A DNA stretch of 64,000 nt from a virus, in IMG/VR virus record IMGVR_UViG_3300025816_000009, positions 17,412 to 81,411 of that record. The stretch is one strand, 5' to 3'. Position 1 is the first letter of the stretch; every line of letters starts with the position of its first letter. The notes below the pieces were generated by a model, which saw nothing but the letters and a program-made list of their open reading frames with translations, ran no database searches and was not told the origin of the DNA. Below are positions 57,368 through 64,000 of this stretch, piece by piece. The translations under genes were made by a program, and so were the position numbers.

Positions 57368-58039
57368 ATGGTTAGGTCGAAGCGCATGACAGGTTCATAT
57401 ATGCAGTTCAATGATTTAGTTAATCACGCTGACGTTGAGAGAATCCTAGAGTTGGGAAGCCGAGATGGTAAGGATGCGATTCTTCTTAGAGATGAGTACG
57501 ATGCGGAAGTAGTAGCATTCGAATGCAATCCGCCTCAAGTTCGAGTTTGCGAAAATCGCCTCAAGTTCGAAGATAGAATAGAATTAGTTCCGAAAGCGGT
57601 TTGGCACGAGACAGGAGAGATTCCTTTCTATCCTGTAGTTAATGGTAATACAGGCGCAAGTTCGGCATTCAAAGCAAACCCAAAATATCCATATGAAAAT
57701 TATGTACAGGCAGAAGTGTCAGTTCCTTGCATCAGATTAGATGAATGGATATTGGAAAATGATTTCGTCCCGGACTTGGTTTGTATGGATTTACAGGGAA
57801 GCGAACTTGCGGCTCTTAGAGGAATGGGTAAGCAATTATCGAAAGTAAAACACATAATCACCGAAGTTCAATTCGAACCACTTTATCACAACACACCAAA
57901 ACTTTCTGATTTGAGCAAGTTTCTTGAGCCGTGGAATATGTTTGAACATACGACTATTGGGACGAATAGTTGGTTCGGTGATGCTCTCTTCTCAAGGCGG
58001 CTGACTTCATCAGATTATCAACTACCATATACAGAGTGA
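57368..58039 (+). CDS. FkbM-family methyltransferase
   Basis: LELGS..G, AFECNP, IRLD, CMDLQGSELAALRG, ITEV, GDALF. Confidence 0.88.
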   Translation: MVRSKRMTGSYMQFNDLVNHADVERILELGSRDGKDAILLRDEYDAEVVAFECNPPQVRVCENRLKFEDRIELVPKAVWHETGEIPFYPVVNGNTGASSAFKANPKYPYENYVQAEVSVPCIRLDEWILENDFVPDLVCMDLQGSELAALRGMGKQLSKVKHIITEVQFEPLYHNTPKLSDLSKFLEPWNMFEHTTIGTNSWFGDALFSRRLTSSDYQLPYTE

Positions 58040-58065
58040 ATAACCGAAACTTGTCTCTCTAAATT

Positions 58066-58431
58066 ATGAGCGGCAGAACGAACGTCATCGCAGTTTTTCT
58101 TTCACTGATGATATTTCTATCTCTGACCGGATTAATCATAACAACACCCGCTAGGGTCGTCGTTCCTTGGGATGAAGGACAGTGTATGTGGTTGAATGGA
58201 ACTGTCGAAGATAAAGAAATGGCAGAGGATTCTTCCGGCGGGATGAATTATTTTTTCCTCGTCAATGGAACTCTCGATAACGAGACAAGTTTTCATGCAC
58301 AGGTGATTGGAACTCAATTCGATTACCTATTCGTCCCAATAGGCTTACATTATGAAGGTGAGATTTGCGATACAGTTCCGCTTCGTGAAGCAGTTTACAC
58401 AGGAATAATAAGATTCATTGATATTAGATAG
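58066..58431 (+). CDS. Membrane-anchored hypothetical protein
   Basis: N-terminal TM helix; several N-x-T sequons. Confidence 0.6.
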   Translation: MSGRTNVIAVFLSLMIFLSLTGLIITTPARVVVPWDEGQCMWLNGTVEDKEMAEDSSGGMNYFFLVNGTLDNETSFHAQVIGTQFDYLFVPIGLHYEGEICDTVPLREAVYTGIIRFIDIR

Positions 58432-58480
58432 ACATTGATAGACCGAAACATTCATAAGCAGATTCCTACTCGCTATTAAC

Positions 58481-59032
58481 ATGGAGAGCCAATCAGACGC
58501 GACCATTGAACTAACGCCGACTGCCCTTGTTTTAGACAGGGAAGAGGGAACACTTGTCCCTAGCAATATGACCGTAGGGTCAGTTGCAGTAATCACCGCG
58601 GGTCTAAAAGACCAAAGAGCGGAAGATTTCCAAACTGCGCTTGACAGCGGTGATAAAATCACAACTGTTGACCACGACTACACAGTAAGAGACAACAACA
58701 CAGGAGCAACACTGAACATCACAGCGGCTCGAGCAACTGTTGGAATCCCTACAACTACACATCAGTGGTCTAATATCTCTATGCCAAAAGCACTACGCGC
58801 GGCTTTCGTTCTTGCAGGTGCTATGTCGCCTCACATCGAATCAGCAATCGCTGACTGCCTAAACGCTGTTGCAGACGGAGCAGATTGGGAAGATGCTTTC
58901 GAAGAAGTTCTAGGAAACAGAGTTTCACAAGAAAGACTTGACAGAGCAGATTCACGAATCTCTGACCTACGCCGTGAGACATTACAATCACGAAACGGAC
59001 GCCAACAGGCTACCGGCGTTAACACTCAATAA
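58481..59032 (+). CDS. Hypothetical protein (class-E promoter)
   Basis: Leaderless ATG after cassette 58416-58457. Confidence 0.65.
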   Translation: MESQSDATIELTPTALVLDREEGTLVPSNMTVGSVAVITAGLKDQRAEDFQTALDSGDKITTVDHDYTVRDNNTGATLNITAARATVGIPTTTHQWSNISMPKALRAAFVLAGAMSPHIESAIADCLNAVADGADWEDAFEEVLGNRVSQERLDRADSRISDLRRETLQSRNGRQQATGVNTQ

Positions 59033-59089
59033 ATACGAAAACTTGACCCCACCTTATTCCTTAATAGGGTGGGGTTGAACATTCGTTTT

Positions 59090-59293
59090 ATGAGCAAGAC
59101 GAGATTCAGAGTGAGAGTTGACCTAGGTGAAGATGGGGTCGTTGACTTAGAGGTCAATGGCAATATCAAAACTGCGCTTGGGGCAGGCTACGAAGAATGC
59201 AGAAAAAGAAAGACAAATCCTGTCAGTATTACGACAACCCAAATCATTGACTTGGGAAAATGGCAGGCCACCATGCCAATTCGACCGGCTTGA
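59090..59293 (+). CDS. Small hypothetical protein
   Basis: ATG after class-M promoter. Confidence 0.5.
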   Translation: MSKTRFRVRVDLGEDGVVDLEVNGNIKTALGAGYEECRKRKTNPVSITTTQIIDLGKWQATMPIRPA

Positions 59294-59499
59294 AGTTAGT
59301 GTCAATTGCGGAACGTGGTGGCGGACGATTTCATATCACTGATGACTCGGTGAAAACTTTGTGTAAAAGGGACATTCCATCTTGGGCAAATGCGCTTGAT
59401 GATGATTGGGCTTTAGCCATGTTGCGTAATGGTGTATCAACATCAATTTGCGCTAAATGCCGCATGAAGAGAAAAACAGTAATAGACCACGAGGCATGA
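59260..59499 (+). CDS. Small Cys/His protein
   Basis: H...LC...CAKC; start uncertain. Confidence 0.5.
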   Translation: MAGHHANSTGLKLVSIAERGGGRFHITDDSVKTLCKRDIPSWANALDDDWALAMLRNGVSTSICAKCRMKRKTVIDHEA

Positions 59500-59503
59500 G
59501 TTC

Positions 59504-59815
59504 ATGTCGTTAAAGATGAAGTGGATTGTCGAGGGTGAGATGGGGAAGACTCTTATCGGCTATGATGACGACATGGTTGAACAGGCTAGAGTTAAGGTCG
59601 GAGAAAAGCATTGGACTTTTCAATTTTGTAATTTCGAAGGAAGCGGTCGAGTTCGAATTGGACTTGGTTGCGACTATAATCCTTTACAGATGATTGAGGC
59701 TATGTTTGAACATATTGCGTTTGGTGGATTAGACCCCGACCCGGTTGTTGAATACGATTTATCAGAAGTCGAAATGGGAAGGCCGCTTGGAAAATGGACG
59801 GGGGATTTCCAATGA
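59504..59815 (+). CDS. Hypothetical protein
   Basis: ORF in operon. Confidence 0.5.
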   Translation: MSLKMKWIVEGEMGKTLIGYDDDMVEQARVKVGEKHWTFQFCNFEGSGRVRIGLGCDYNPLQMIEAMFEHIAFGGLDPDPVVEYDLSEVEMGRPLGKWTGDFQ

Positions 59816-59891
59816 CTAGAGTTCATCATCATGGCGAATGCCAATGGATGAAAGATTTCATGGAATCGCTTGATGATGTTAAGGTGGAATT

Positions 59892-60194
59892 ATGAGCGAT
59901 GCTAATGGCGTTATTTCTATTGTCTTCAAAGGTGAAGAGGGTCATACTATCATGCAGTCTTATAATTCTAATTTCCAACGAATTGCGACGCTTGTAGAAA
60001 ATGGAGACGATTGGACTTTATTGGTTGGTTCTCAACACGAGTTCAATGTCAAAGGTGCAGGGTGTGAAGACCCTATCACATTCGTCGAACACATCGTATC
60101 TCCGCCCTTGACTGAAAGCGAGGCAACAAACAATTCGGCATTGATGTCATTCACATCACCGACAGAGAAGTGGGAAGTCTTCGATGTTAAGTAA
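59892..60194 (+). CDS. Hypothetical protein
   Basis: ORF with upstream GGTGG. Confidence 0.5.
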   Translation: MSDANGVISIVFKGEEGHTIMQSYNSNFQRIATLVENGDDWTLLVGSQHEFNVKGAGCEDPITFVEHIVSPPLTESEATNNSALMSFTSPTEKWEVFDVK

Positions 60195-60241
60195 TAATAA
60201 GACTGATGAACCTCACTAGACTCTCGATGGTATGAGTAGCC

Positions 60242-64000
<3,759 letters not shown>

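Noticed and set aside
2798-58457. Recurring GTTT.../ATTGA.../GAAAC motifs as CRISPR repeats or mini-arrays
   Set aside because: Copies are dispersed and degenerate without regular spacers; their fixed distance to ATGs fits BRE-TATA promoters

Overview
A 64-kb segment of a tailed (Caudoviricetes, siphovirus-like) archaeal virus, by gene content most like magroviruses of marine Poseidoniales/MGII (inference, no search run). About 1-32.4 kb is the morphogenesis module: portal-MuF fusion (5' truncated), prohead protease/scaffold, HK97-fold capsid, neck, tail tube, tail chaperone with a -1 slippery site, tape measure and very large tail proteins. About 33-53 kb is a nearly complete archaeal-type replisome: DinG/XPD helicase, AAA+ helicase, SSB, ATPase, PD-(D/E)xK nuclease, PCNA, fused PriS-PriL primase, ERCC4 nuclease, RFC small and large, PolB. 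A MoxR/VWA pair, small ORFs and a collagen-like fibre gene that runs off the end follow. The main unexplained signal is a ~55-bp promoter cassette (TATA/BRE - ATTGA-N11-ATTGA - BRE/TATA, often bidirectional), present about 16 times across both modules. Some copies drive leaderless small proteins. About 14 outputs are ORF-free, base-paired 45-480 nt segments starting 29-30 nt after the TATA box, which I interpret as a dispersed viral repertoire of structured non-coding RNAs in at least two structural families. Two further promoter classes precede replication and structural genes. RNA structures were paired by eye and are unvalidated predictions.
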